The notes under the pieces are model-generated. The model was not told the origin of the DNA, did not search any database, and saw nothing but the letters and a program-made list of their open reading frames with translations. Positions 1 through 9,675 of a stretch of DNA of 64,000 nucleotides are shown here, piece by piece; positions within the stretch are counted from its first letter, which is position 1, and every line of letters begins with the position of its first letter. The stretch covers positions 158 to 64,157 of the forward strand of contig JAOGRV010000006.1 of NCBI GenBank assembly GCA_028107545.1, written 5' to 3'. The translations under genes and the position numbers were made by a program. This DNA is from Candidatus Pseudothioglobus singularis (GTDB lineage: Bacteria; Pseudomonadota; Gammaproteobacteria; PS1; Pseudothioglobaceae).

Positions 1-1
1 T

Positions 2-685
2 CGTCATTCTGGTTACGTTTCTGATAATGCTGCAAGCGGCGTATTGTCTTATAAAGATGTAACACCTATTGCAGGAATTATTGGTGATTTTGGTGCCTTA
101 GCTGTTGCTGCGGACTCACCATTTCAGTCATTTCAAGACGTTGTTGATGCATACAAAGCAAATCCGAAATCAGTCAAGATGGCTGGTGGTTCAACTCGAG
201 GAAGTATGGATCACTTGATTGGTGCTTTGGCGTTTCAATCAGCTGGTGCAAATCCAAATGATGTAGTTTATATACCTTACGATGGCGGTGGTGCCGCTTT
301 AGCTGGACTATTATCTGGTGAAGGTCAAATTCTTTCGACTGGATTCAGTGAAGCTTTAGCTGCAGGAGACCAAGTGCGTATTTTAGGTATTACTGCAAAT
401 GAGCGTTCAGCTGATGCTCCTAGTGTTCCAACACTTAAAGAGCAGGGTTATGATGCATACTTTGTAAACTGGAGAGGATTCTTCGGTCCACCAAATATGA
501 ATGCAGCAGATAGATATGAAATTGCTAAAATGTTAGGAGATATGCAAAGTACTCCAGAGTGGGAAGTTGTTCGTAAGCGTAACGCTTATGTGAATATCTA
601 CAACCCTGGATTTGACTTTATGGGCTTCTTAGAAAAGCAAACAGAAGAAATGACTGACTTAATGAAACAATTAGGCGTTATTTAA
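2..685 (+). CDS. tctC: Tripartite tricarboxylate transporter substrate-binding protein (5'-truncated by window)
   Basis: Frame is open back to the window start. Bug/TctC motifs GGSTRGSMDH, YIPYDGGG, VPTLKEQG, NWRGFFGP; followed by tctB/tctA-like genes. Confidence 0.9.
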   Translation, partial: RHSGYVSDNAASGVLSYKDVTPIAGIIGDFGALAVAADSPFQSFQDVVDAYKANPKSVKMAGGSTRGSMDHLIGALAFQSAGANPNDVVYIPYDGGGAALAGLLSGEGQILSTGFSEALAAGDQVRILGITANERSADAPSVPTLKEQGYDAYFVNWRGFFGPPNMNAADRYEIAKMLGDMQSTPEWEVVRKRNAYVNIYNPGFDFMGFLEKQTEEMTDLMKQLGVI

Positions 686-710
686 TCGATATCTACTAGG
701 AGAAAGATAA

Positions 711-1175
711 ATGACTATCAACTATACAAGGATAAGTGCTTTTATCTTTCTCCTTATTTTTCTTATTTATTCCTATCTTGCGGGTGAGATAAGAGTATTT
801 GCATTTGATGAAAATGCAGACTTTAATGCAAGAACATTTCCTAAGCTTATTTCTTATTTGGGGATTATTGTATCCCTTCTTACTTTGGTTCTATCAAAAA
901 ATGAAGAAGAGAATATGAGCCAGTATGAATGGATCAGCGTTATCATTTTATTCGCACTCGTTTTTTCATACGGACTTTTAATTAAAACAATTGGGTTTTT
1001 TGTCTCAACCAACTTGTTTTTAATCGTATCTTATTTGTATTTAGGTGTTCGAAGCTACAAGGTAATAATTCTTAGTTCATTACCAGTAGTGGCAGGACTT
1101 CAGTTTATGCTTCATGGCTTGCTGGATGTTTATATTAGAGATCCATTTTTACAGTTTTTAGGAGTTATATCATGA
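711..1175 (+). CDS. tctB: Tripartite tricarboxylate transporter small membrane subunit
   Basis: 154 aa, ~4-5 TM segments, ARTFP motif, SD AGGAG; lies between tctC and tctA. Confidence 0.85.
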   Translation: MTINYTRISAFIFLLIFLIYSYLAGEIRVFAFDENADFNARTFPKLISYLGIIVSLLTLVLSKNEEENMSQYEWISVIILFALVFSYGLLIKTIGFFVSTNLFLIVSYLYLGVRSYKVIILSSLPVVAGLQFMLHGLLDVYIRDPFLQFLGVIS

Positions 1176-2674
1176 TAGAAGGCATGATGATGGGCATTAA
1201 CACTGCTTTTAGTGGTTATAACATTCTGATGGTTATGATGGGTTGTTTTGCAGGAACCATTATAGGGATGCTTCCAGGTCTTGGTCCTATGTCCGCAATA
1301 GCGCTAATGATTCCTATAACCTATGGCTTTGATCCAGCTTCAGCGATGATATTAATGGCTGGGGTATATTATGGCGCTATCTTTGGTGGTTCTACATCGT
1401 CGATTCTGATTAACGCACCAGGAGTTGCTGGAACGGTTTCTAGTTCATTTGACGGCTACCCGATGTCCCAAAAAGGCCAAGCAGGAAAGGCGCTTGCTAT
1501 TGCGGCTTATGCTTCATTTTCTGGCGGCACAATTGCTGCATTATTTTTATTGGTAGCCGCTCCTCAATTAGCTAAGGTTAGTCTTAGCTTCCAGTCTGCA
1601 GATTATTTTGCCTTAATGTGTGTAGGGTTACTCTCTATTGCAGCGTTTGCAAGTAAAGGTCAATTCTTAAAGGCAATGATTATGACAGCGCTTGGTTTGG
1701 CACTTGCAACTGTTGGACAGGATTCTTTGTCTGACATCACGCGTTTCGCATTTGGAAACATTAATTTAATGGATGGTATTAGCTTTGTGCTTCTTGTAAT
1801 GGCAACCTTCGCAATGAGTGAAGCATTTATGATTATTTTTAAAAAAATGGATATTAATTTCAAATCTTCCGATGTGAGTAAATCTAGTCTGGGTTCGATT
1901 AAATTATCTAAGAAAGAGGTAAAAGAAATGATTCCAACTATTGGAAGAACTTCTGTATTAGGTTTTTTTGTTGGTGTTCTTCCAGGTGCTGGAGCTACAA
2001 TTGCTAGTTTTTTAGCTTGGGGCTTTGAGAGAAGTATAGCCTCTGCTAAAGAAAAACTAAAATTTGGTAAAGGCTCTATAAAGGGTTTAACGGCCCCTGA
2101 AACTGCTAATAATGCGGCTTGCACTGGATCTTTTGTGCCTCTATTAACTTTGGGTATTCCAGGATCTGGAACTACTGCAGTTATGTTAGGAGCATTGCTC
2201 TCATTTGGTGTTCAGCCTGGCCCAAGGCTTTATGTTGAGCAGCCAGAACTTTTTTGGGCTGTAATTATCTCTATGTATATTGGAAACGTAGTTTTATTGG
2301 TATTAAATTTACCCTTAATACCCTATATTGCAAGAATATTAGCAATACCTAAAAACATTCTAGTTCCTCTGGTTTTGTTCTTTTCGGTAACTGGCGTCTA
2401 TTTGATTTCGTTCAATTCTTTTGATATTTACTTTATGGCTATAGTTGCATTACTTTCATTAGTTTTAAGGGTTTTAAACTACCCAATGCCACCACTAATA
2501 CTTGGATTTATTCTTGGTGGAATGATTGAAAAGAACTTGAGAAGAGCAGTCCTTATTAATGATGGATCTTTCTCTTTCATTTGGGAAAGGCCAATCAGCT
2601 TGTCTTTATTTATTATTGCTATTCTAATTGTCTTGTTGCAGGTATATCAAGGATTTAAAAAGGAAAAAGAATAA
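1172..2674 (+). CDS. tctA: Tripartite tricarboxylate transporter large membrane subunit
   Basis: Motifs GMLPGLG, YYGAIFGGS, APETANNA, LTLGIPGS; ATGA overlap with tctB. Confidence 0.95.
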   Translation: MIEGMMMGINTAFSGYNILMVMMGCFAGTIIGMLPGLGPMSAIALMIPITYGFDPASAMILMAGVYYGAIFGGSTSSILINAPGVAGTVSSSFDGYPMSQKGQAGKALAIAAYASFSGGTIAALFLLVAAPQLAKVSLSFQSADYFALMCVGLLSIAAFASKGQFLKAMIMTALGLALATVGQDSLSDITRFAFGNINLMDGISFVLLVMATFAMSEAFMIIFKKMDINFKSSDVSKSSLGSIKLSKKEVKEMIPTIGRTSVLGFFVGVLPGAGATIASFLAWGFERSIASAKEKLKFGKGSIKGLTAPETANNAACTGSFVPLLTLGIPGSGTTAVMLGALLSFGVQPGPRLYVEQPELFWAVIISMYIGNVVLLVLNLPLIPYIARILAIPKNILVPLVLFFSVTGVYLISFNSFDIYFMAIVALLSLVLRVLNYPMPPLILGFILGGMIEKNLRRAVLINDGSFSFIWERPISLSLFIIAILIVLLQVYQGFKKEKE

Positions 2675-2750
2675 AACTTTCTATCTATTTCTCTTAAAAG
2701 TGCTCCCTAGTTTAAAATAGCAAACTGATTTTAAAAATGCTAATGAGTTT

Positions 2751-3143
2751 ATGACACCTGAAAATGTAATTGAGCAGTGGGCTAACTATTTCAATAATGC
2801 AGATACGAAAAACATCCTCAGCCTTTACCATGATAGTGCAACCCTTTTGCCTACCTTTCTACCAAAACTCTTAACTTCAAATAACGAAATAAAAGGCTAT
2901 TTTGAGGTTGCTTTTAATGGTGATGCTTCTGTTGAGGTAAATGTTGAAAATGCCATAATTAAAGAGCTGCCTGAAAACAACTTTTTAATAACAGGAGATT
3001 ATATTTTTTGTCTGGGTAGTAAAGGAGATAAGAAATATATATCTTGGTATAGCTTTTTGATTGATCTTTCCAGTGACTCACCAATCAGGCATCATCACTC
3101 ATCCAGAGTTCCTTTCGAGTTCGATCTAAGTAATACAGAGTAA
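2751..3143 (+). CDS. NTF2/SnoaL-like (CaMKII-association-domain/DUF4440-like) protein, iota-carbonic-anhydrase-like
   Basis: LYxxxAxLLPT near the N-terminus and HHHSS near the C-terminus. Confidence 0.7.
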   Translation: MTPENVIEQWANYFNNADTKNILSLYHDSATLLPTFLPKLLTSNNEIKGYFEVAFNGDASVEVNVENAIIKELPENNFLITGDYIFCLGSKGDKKYISWYSFLIDLSSDSPIRHHHSSRVPFEFDLSNTE

Positions 3144-3197
3144 AAAACAGTAAAAATTTATTAGATTCAACACCTTACTATTAATTGTTCGATTCAA

Positions 3198-3252
3198 ATT
3201 GTCATAGTTTGTAACAATTCTATACAGTTTGAAATAACCCCACTAATAAACT
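3198..3252 (+). promoter_or_regulatory. 10-bp-periodic direct repeats plus -10 element upstream of sugar ABC operon 1
   Basis: ATTGTCATAG/TTTGTAACAA/TTCTATACAG at 3198/3208/3218 and TAAACT at 3247; same layout at 9555 and 15825. Confidence 0.6.
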
Positions 3253-3312
3253 TGTTCTAATTCTGCTCAATTGTGTGCAGGATGTGATTCATATAATTTT
3301 AATGGAGAAAAT

Positions 3313-4563
3313 ATGAAGAATAATAAGTTAACAACGCTAGCGGCAACAGCGCTTCTAGCAAGCACGACTTCAGTATCTGCTGGAGACGTTGAGGTATTAC
3401 ACTGGTGGACTAGTGGTGGTGAAGCTGCAAGTGTAAATTATTTAAAAGGTAAGCTAAGTGACGCTGGAGTTGGTTGGACTGACTTCGCTGTTGCTGGTGG
3501 TGGTGGTGAAAATGCGATGACTGTTCTTAAGTCAAGAGCAATTTCAGGAAACCCTCCTACTGCAGCACAAATCAAAGGCCCTTCGATTCAAGAATGGGGT
3601 GACCTAGGATTTTTAGCTGACATCGATGGTGTTGCAACTAAAAATAACTGGGATGATCTATTACCTTCAGTTGTCTCTGACGTAATGAAGCATGAAGGCA
3701 AGTATGTTGCTGCTCCTGTTAACGTTCACAGAGTAAACTGGATGTGGTCTAACCCTGAAGTATTTCGTGCTGCAGGCGCTACAATTCCAACAACTTGGGA
3801 TGATTTCATGGTTCAGGCCAAGAAACTTCAAGACGCTGGTTACGTAGCACTTGCTCACGGTGGTCAGCCATGGCAAGATGCAACTGTATTTGAAGCAGTG
3901 GTTCTTGGTGTTGGTGGTGCAGACTACTACAACAAAGCATTTGTAGAGATGGACATGGACGCACTTAACAGTGCTACTACAGTAGAAGTTTTTGAAACTT
4001 TCGGAAACTTACGTCAGTTTATTGACTCTAATGCACCAGGACGTGACTGGAACGTTGCGACTTCAATGGTTATTGAAGGTAAAGCTGGTATGCAAATCAT
4101 GGGTGACTGGGCAAAAGGTGAATTCAAAGTTGCTGGAAAGAACGTAGGTACAGATTACACTTGTACTGCTGCTCCTGGAACTTCAGGTGCTCACACGTTC
4201 AACATTGACTCATTTGCTTTCTTTGCACAAGGAACAACAGCTGGAACTGGAGCTCAAAACATTATGGCTGCAGAAATCCTAGGTACTGACTTTCAGACAG
4301 TATTCAACCTAAACAAAGGATCAATTCCTGCACGTCTAGGCGTTTCAAGATCTGAGTTTGATTCATGTGCTCATGACTCTATGGACGCTTTTGTTTCTGC
4401 TTCTACAAGTGGTGGCTTAGTACCGAGCTTTGCTCACGGTATGGCGTTACCTTCAGCAGTAGCTGGAGCGGTAGTTGATTCGGCTACTAACTTCTTTAAC
4501 TCTGACCAGAGTGCTGAAGATGGTGCTGCTCAGCTTGTAGCTTCAATGGCTGCAGCAATGTAA
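3313..4563 (+). CDS. Sugar (glucose/mannose-type) ABC transporter substrate-binding protein
   Basis: Signal peptide; EVLHWWTSGGE, PVNVHRVNW, MGDWAKGEF, FNLNKGSIP (GtsA/GltB-like). ATG at 3313 has SD GGAG. Confidence 0.92.
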   Translation: MKNNKLTTLAATALLASTTSVSAGDVEVLHWWTSGGEAASVNYLKGKLSDAGVGWTDFAVAGGGGENAMTVLKSRAISGNPPTAAQIKGPSIQEWGDLGFLADIDGVATKNNWDDLLPSVVSDVMKHEGKYVAAPVNVHRVNWMWSNPEVFRAAGATIPTTWDDFMVQAKKLQDAGYVALAHGGQPWQDATVFEAVVLGVGGADYYNKAFVEMDMDALNSATTVEVFETFGNLRQFIDSNAPGRDWNVATSMVIEGKAGMQIMGDWAKGEFKVAGKNVGTDYTCTAAPGTSGAHTFNIDSFAFFAQGTTAGTGAQNIMAAEILGTDFQTVFNLNKGSIPARLGVSRSEFDSCAHDSMDAFVSASTSGGLVPSFAHGMALPSAVAGAVVDSATNFFNSDQSAEDGAAQLVASMAAAM

Positions 4564-4573
4564 GAGTTAGTCA

Positions 4574-4625
4574 GTATAAGCAAGTACTTTAACATTCCTC
4601 CTTTTTGTTAATCTGCTTGCTATAC
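4574..4625 (+). other. Long imperfect hairpin with CU-rich (anti-SD-like) loop in the 3' UTR
   Basis: GTATA(A)GCAAGTA..TTAACA pairs with TGTTAA..TGCTTGCTATAC; loop TTCCTCCTTTT. Confidence 0.6.
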
Positions 4626-4627
4626 GC

Positions 4628-4654
4628 TTAGGGCGCCTAATATAGGCGCCCTAA
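4628..4654 (+). terminator. GC-rich stem-loop after the SBP gene (partial terminator or mRNA stabiliser)
   Basis: TTAGGGCGCCTA-ATA-TAGGCGCCCTAA, perfect 12-bp inverted repeat; weak U-tract. Confidence 0.65.
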
Positions 4655-4686
4655 TTCTATAAAATCATAATAAAATTAGAATCACT

Positions 4687-5556
4687 GTGCTCAATTTTTT
4701 AGAAAAAAATCTGCCAAAAATAGTTTTAGCACCAACAACAATCGTGATGATTGTATGTATGTATGGATTCATTATTTGGACTGGCTTACTCTCTTTAACT
4801 AAAAGTAGAATGATGCCTCAATGGGACTTTGTAGGTCTCGATCAATATGCTAGACTTTTTAATAACCCACGATGGGATGTGGCAGTTGATAACCTATTAA
4901 TATTTTTAATTCTCTTTATTATTATTGCGCTTATATTAGGTCTTTTATTGGCAATATTTCTAGACCAAAAAATTCGTGTTGAAGGTGCAATTAGAACGAT
5001 TTATTTATACCCAATGGCAATCTCTTTTATTGTCACAGGTACAGCCTGGAAGTGGATCCTAAATCCTGGATTAGGCATAGAAAAGCTGATGCGCGATTGG
5101 GGCTTTGCTGGATTTGAGTTTCGATGGCTGGTTGAACAAGACATGGCTATCTATACGATAGTTATTGCCGCTGTATGGCAGTCAAGCGGCTTTGTAATGG
5201 CGCTTTTTTTAGCAGGCTTAAGGGGTGTTGATGACAACCTTACAAAAGCTGCAAAAATTGATGGCGCTTCAACGCCTCGTCTTTATTGGCACATTATATT
5301 GCCGTTAATGAGGCCTGTTTTCTTTAGTGCAATTGTTATTTTGACTCACATAGCTATTAAAAGTTTTGATTTAGTTCAAGCTTTGACTGGTGGAGGTCCG
5401 GGATACGCTTCAGATCTTCCTGCAAACTTCATGTATACCTATTCATTTAATCGCTCTCAAATTGGTGTTGGTGCTGCAAGTGCCATGATTATGCTATTTG
5501 GTGTATTAGCAGTTTTAATTCCCTATTTGTATTCAGAATTGCGTGAGAAAAAATGA
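4687..5556 (+). CDS. Sugar ABC transporter permease
   Basis: Multi-TM CUT1 permease; EAA-like LTKAAKIDGA. Confidence 0.92.
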   Translation: MLNFLEKNLPKIVLAPTTIVMIVCMYGFIIWTGLLSLTKSRMMPQWDFVGLDQYARLFNNPRWDVAVDNLLIFLILFIIIALILGLLLAIFLDQKIRVEGAIRTIYLYPMAISFIVTGTAWKWILNPGLGIEKLMRDWGFAGFEFRWLVEQDMAIYTIVIAAVWQSSGFVMALFLAGLRGVDDNLTKAAKIDGASTPRLYWHIILPLMRPVFFSAIVILTHIAIKSFDLVQALTGGGPGYASDLPANFMYTYSFNRSQIGVGAASAMIMLFGVLAVLIPYLYSELREKK

Positions 5557-6425
5557 TGAATAACTATAAATTATCAAATTTTAATTTTGGACGTGCTTTT
5601 ATTTATTTAATTCTGATCTTCTTTGCACTTATATATTTAGCTCCTTTGTACGTTATGTTTACGACATCTCTCAAAGATATAGAAGAAATACGAAGTGGAA
5701 ACTTGATGGCGCTGCCACTCGATCCAACGCTTTATGCCTGGAAGAAGGCATGGTCATCTGCCTGCACTGGTAGTGAGTGCCAGGGCCTAGCCCCATATTT
5801 TTGGAATAGCGTTCGAATTGTTGTTCCAGCGGTCATTATTTCGACGGTTGTGGGTGCTTTTAATGGCTACGCACTAGCTAAGTGGAAATTTAAAGGAAGT
5901 GAGCTGTTGTTTGGAGCACTGCTATTTGGTTGCTTTATTCCCTTCCAAGTTATCCTTCTTCCAATGGCTAAGCTCTTAGGAGAGTTAGGTTTAGCGAACA
6001 CAGTAACAGGCTTGGTATTGGTCCATGTGATATACGGAGTCGCCTTTACAACGCTTTTCTTTAGAAACTATTACGTTGGCATTCCAACTGAATTAGTGAA
6101 GGCAGCAAAGCTGGATGGAGCTGGTTTTTTAAGTATCTTTCGACACATATTTATTCCTTTGTCCACGCCAATTTTTGTGGTCACCATTATCTGGCAATTT
6201 ACACAGATTTGGAATGACTTCCTTTTTGGGGTTGTTTACTCTGGCTCTGGAACTCAGCCAATAACAGTAGCTCTTAATAATCTAGTTAATACGTCTGTTG
6301 GCGGCAAAGAATATAACGTTGATATGGCTGCTGCAATTATCGCCGCTATGCCAACTCTAGTTGTTTATGTCATTGCAGGCAAGTACTTTGTTAAAGGCCT
6401 AACTGCTGGCGCAGTAAAAGGATAA
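5553..6425 (+). CDS. Sugar ABC transporter permease
   Basis: ELVKAAKLDGA, WNDFLF, C-terminal GAVKG. Confidence 0.92.
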   Translation: MMNNYKLSNFNFGRAFIYLILIFFALIYLAPLYVMFTTSLKDIEEIRSGNLMALPLDPTLYAWKKAWSSACTGSECQGLAPYFWNSVRIVVPAVIISTVVGAFNGYALAKWKFKGSELLFGALLFGCFIPFQVILLPMAKLLGELGLANTVTGLVLVHVIYGVAFTTLFFRNYYVGIPTELVKAAKLDGAGFLSIFRHIFIPLSTPIFVVTIIWQFTQIWNDFLFGVVYSGSGTQPITVALNNLVNTSVGGKEYNVDMAAAIIAAMPTLVVYVIAGKYFVKGLTAGAVKG

Positions 6426-6475
6426 GTAAACTATCAATATCTATTTGAAATAATTAATAAATACAGGATAAAAAA

Positions 6476-7573
6476 ATGGGAAGTATAAGCCTTAATGGAA
6501 TTAAAAAATCTTTTGGAGAAACAGAAGTACTTAAGGACATCAATTTGGACATTAAAGATGGAGAATTTTTAATACTTATTGGCCCATCAGGATGTGGTAA
6601 ATCAACATTAATGAATTTAATTGCCGGTCTTGAGGATTTGACTGGGGGTGAAATTGTCATCGATGGTAAGGACGTATCAGAAGAGTCTCCTAAGGACCGT
6701 GATATTGCTATGGTTTTTCAGTCTTATGCTTTGTACCCAACAATGAACGTTGCAAGGAATATTTGCTTTGGTCTAGAGATGAGCAAGATGCCAAAAGAAG
6801 AGCAAGAGGTTATTCTTAAAAAAGTCTCTACTCTTCTTCAAATTGATCACTTATTAGATAGAAAGCCAGGCCAGCTATCAGGCGGTCAAAGACAAAGAGT
6901 CGCAATGGGAAGGGCATTAGCAAGATCACCAAAGGTCTTTCTTTTTGACGAGCCCTTATCAAATCTAGATGCGAAACTTAGAGTTGAGATGCGAACAGAG
7001 ATAAAAAAATTACATAAGCGTATCGCAACAACTATTGTCTATGTTACTCATGATCAAATCGAAGCGATGACGCTTGCTGATAGGATCGCAGTTCTTAAAG
7101 ACGGGGAATTGCAGCAAGTAGGAACTCCTTATGAAATTTACAACGACCCAGTAAGCCACTTTGTGGCTGACTTTATGGGTTCACCGGGGATGAATTTTAT
7201 TGAGTGCATCGTTAAAGATGAAAACTTAATTATTGAAAGTGGTGGTCAGAAATATGAATTATCTATTCCTTGTATAGAGGCTATTAATAATTCAAAATTA
7301 GATGTTGTAATGCTAGGAATTAGGCCTGAAATGCTTACTGAAATTCAGCCTTCTGCTGCAAAAAATGCTTACATTCATCAGATCAAGTTTGATGTAGATG
7401 TATTAGAGCCAATGGGCGCAGATACGATCGCTATAGGTCAGTGGAACGATAACGAGGTTATGGCCAGACTCAGTCCTGAATCTGGAAACATTGCTGGCAA
7501 AGGATTTGATTTACAGGTTGACACGAGTAAGGCAATTTTATTCGATCCGAATTCAGGTCTAAGAATCAAATAA
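6476..7573 (+). CDS. Sugar ABC transporter ATP-binding protein (MalK/UgpC family)
   Basis: GPSGCGKST, LSGGQRQR, FDEPLSNLD. Confidence 0.95.
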   Translation: MGSISLNGIKKSFGETEVLKDINLDIKDGEFLILIGPSGCGKSTLMNLIAGLEDLTGGEIVIDGKDVSEESPKDRDIAMVFQSYALYPTMNVARNICFGLEMSKMPKEEQEVILKKVSTLLQIDHLLDRKPGQLSGGQRQRVAMGRALARSPKVFLFDEPLSNLDAKLRVEMRTEIKKLHKRIATTIVYVTHDQIEAMTLADRIAVLKDGELQQVGTPYEIYNDPVSHFVADFMGSPGMNFIECIVKDENLIIESGGQKYELSIPCIEAINNSKLDVVMLGIRPEMLTEIQPSAAKNAYIHQIKFDVDVLEPMGADTIAIGQWNDNEVMARLSPESGNIAGKGFDLQVDTSKAILFDPNSGLRIK

Positions 7574-7592
7574 TTATTGATACAATACCTGT

Positions 7593-8453
7593 ATGGGTGA
7601 ATCTTTCACAAAATCAGGATTGTCAATACCTTCTTTGGGTCTGGGAACATGGGACTTGCAAGGCGATAGCTGCATCAACATTGTTCAGGAAGCTCTTGAA
7701 ATTGGTTATCGTCATATTGATGGCGCTTCAATGTATGAAAACGAAATTGAAGTTGGAAAAGGTATTATTAATTCAAATGTAGATCGAGAAGACATTTTTG
7801 TAACTACAAAAATTAATACAACAAGCTGGACCCCTTCACAGGGAAATGGCTCCCCTCTAAAGAACAAAGATATTGCTAAGCACTTTGAGAAAAGTCTTAA
7901 AGATTTGCAAACTGAATATGTTGATCTGCTTCTTATTCATTGGCCTAAGTTTGAAACTAATTTAGGGGATATATTAGAAATTTTGTATGATCTTAAGGAT
8001 GCAAAAAAAGTCAAAGAGGTCGGTGTTGCTAACTTTAACTCTAACCTTTTAAATGAGTGTATTGATCTTGGCTTTAAAGATATCTTTTGCAATCAAGTTG
8101 AATATCATCCTTTTTTATCCCAAGCCAAATTATTAGAGGTCATGCAGGACTTAGAAATGATACCTGTCGCCTATTGTCCAATCTGCAGAGGTGATGTTGC
8201 CCGGCATGATGTAATTGTTGATTTGGCTGAAAAGTACTCAAAAACGCCTGCTCAAATTGCACTCAGATGGATATATCAACAAAATGCTGTGTCGATTCCT
8301 AAAACGGCTAATTCTTATAGGCTTCGAGAAAATATTGATATTTTTGACTTCGAGATAGAATATAAAGATATGCTTACAATATATAGCCTCGCAAGAAACC
8401 AGCGTCTAGTCCCTAATCTTGAGATTAATGAGTTACAGTATCCTTTTGATTAA
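7593..8453 (+). CDS. Aldo/keto reductase (2,5-diketogluconate reductase-like)
   Basis: LGLGTW, GYRHID, YVDLLLIHWP, NQVEYHP, IPK. Confidence 0.9.
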   Translation: MGESFTKSGLSIPSLGLGTWDLQGDSCINIVQEALEIGYRHIDGASMYENEIEVGKGIINSNVDREDIFVTTKINTTSWTPSQGNGSPLKNKDIAKHFEKSLKDLQTEYVDLLLIHWPKFETNLGDILEILYDLKDAKKVKEVGVANFNSNLLNECIDLGFKDIFCNQVEYHPFLSQAKLLEVMQDLEMIPVAYCPICRGDVARHDVIVDLAEKYSKTPAQIALRWIYQQNAVSIPKTANSYRLRENIDIFDFEIEYKDMLTIYSLARNQRLVPNLEINELQYPFD

Positions 8454-8455
8454 AC

Positions 8456-9466
8456 TTAATTTAAATTTAGAATGCTTTGTCTTTCGATAAGTTCAACTTC
8501 AAAATTGTAATCAACTTCTAATGCCGCTCCATAGCATAAATTAATTAATTTTCTTGCGGCTGAGATTGCCATTTTTTGAACAGGCACGTTGATTGTAGTT
8601 AGAGGTGGAGTGGTATACGAGGAAATATTCATATTATCGTATCCTAGAACTGAGATGTCGTTTGGGATATTTACCCCGTTGCTTGACAATGCTGAGATTG
8701 CTGACATAGCAGATTGATCATTTGCACAGAACAGGACAGTAAATGATGGTTTCTGATTAAGTAAATATTTAGCACCCTCAAACCCTTTTTTAAAGGTGTA
8801 ATCACCACGATAAATAAGATTATCGTGAATAAAGACATTGTTATCTTTAAGAGCGTCAATAAATCCATTGTGCCTTTCATTGGCATCAGTAGTATCAAAC
8901 CATCCGGTAATTAATGCAATATCTTTATGACCATTTTTAATTAGATACTCACCAGCAATGTAGCCTGCTTTATAGTGATCAAAAGTGAAGGACTTATCTT
9001 TCATGGCATCAACCTTATTGTTAAGCAGAACAATATTTGGGAATTCTTTTTCTAGTTGTAGGATATCAAAATCTGGCATGTCAGAGCCCCAAATTATGAG
9101 GCCATCACACCCCTTATTGACAAGGTTATCTATTGATAATCGTGAAGCATTTGGATGGTTAGTTGAGTTTCTTTCTCCATCTGTTGTAATTAGACTCACA
9201 TCAAATGGTTGAAGTTCACGCTCAATTTTTGTAAGTGTTGCTCTGCTCATTTCTCCAGAACTTTTGGTACCCCATAAGCCAATCGTATTATATCTTTTAG
9301 ATGAGAGGGACTGAGCAGAACTATTAGGAATGAATTTAAGTGCAGCCATCGCACTATTCACTTTGTTTCGTGTTTTTTGGGAGACAGAGCCTTTTCCAGA
9401 AATAACTCTGGAAACAGTTCCAATTCCAACATCTGCTAATTTTGCAACATCTCTAATAGTAGCCAT
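8456..9466 (-). CDS. LacI-family transcriptional regulator
   Basis: HTH TIRDVAKLADVGIGTVSRV; sugar-binding domain with FCAND, IPNDISVLGYDN. Confidence 0.95.
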   Translation of the reverse strand: MATIRDVAKLADVGIGTVSRVISGKGSVSQKTRNKVNSAMAALKFIPNSSAQSLSSKRYNTIGLWGTKSSGEMSRATLTKIERELQPFDVSLITTDGERNSTNHPNASRLSIDNLVNKGCDGLIIWGSDMPDFDILQLEKEFPNIVLLNNKVDAMKDKSFTFDHYKAGYIAGEYLIKNGHKDIALITGWFDTTDANERHNGFIDALKDNNVFIHDNLIYRGDYTFKKGFEGAKYLLNQKPSFTVLFCANDQSAMSAISALSSNGVNIPNDISVLGYDNMNISSYTTPPLTTINVPVQKMAISAARKLINLCYGAALEVDYNFEVELIERQSILNLN

Positions 9467-9554
9467 ATAATCAAAATAAATAGTTCAAAATATCCTATAA
9501 AGCCTATTATATAGACATTTAAAATTTTTTATAAGCCATAATTACTTGATTATT

Positions 9555-9610
9555 ATTGTAACAATTTGACACACTTTGTCACATTTAAATTTTAATTTTT
9601 TATTTATAAT
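9555..9610 (+). promoter_or_regulatory. 10-bp direct repeats plus TATAAT upstream of sugar ABC operon 2
   Basis: ATTGTAACAA/TTTGACACAC/TTTGTCACAT at 9555/9565/9575; TATAAT at 9605. Confidence 0.65.
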
Positions 9611-9624
9611 TGGAAACGGTTCCA
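9611..9624. promoter_or_regulatory. LacI-family operator
   Basis: TGGAAACGGTTCCA, a near-palindrome with central CG directly after TATAAT, in the region divergent from the LacI gene. Confidence 0.75.
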
Positions 9625-9675
9625 TAATATACATGTTGTGGAGTTTTTTGTTTATATATTTTCTAGGAGAGAAAT

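Noticed and set aside
1660-2124. 154-aa minus-strand ORF, and similar short overlapping ORFs throughout the track
   Set aside because: They lie inside well-supported genes on another frame or strand and have no recognisable motifs.
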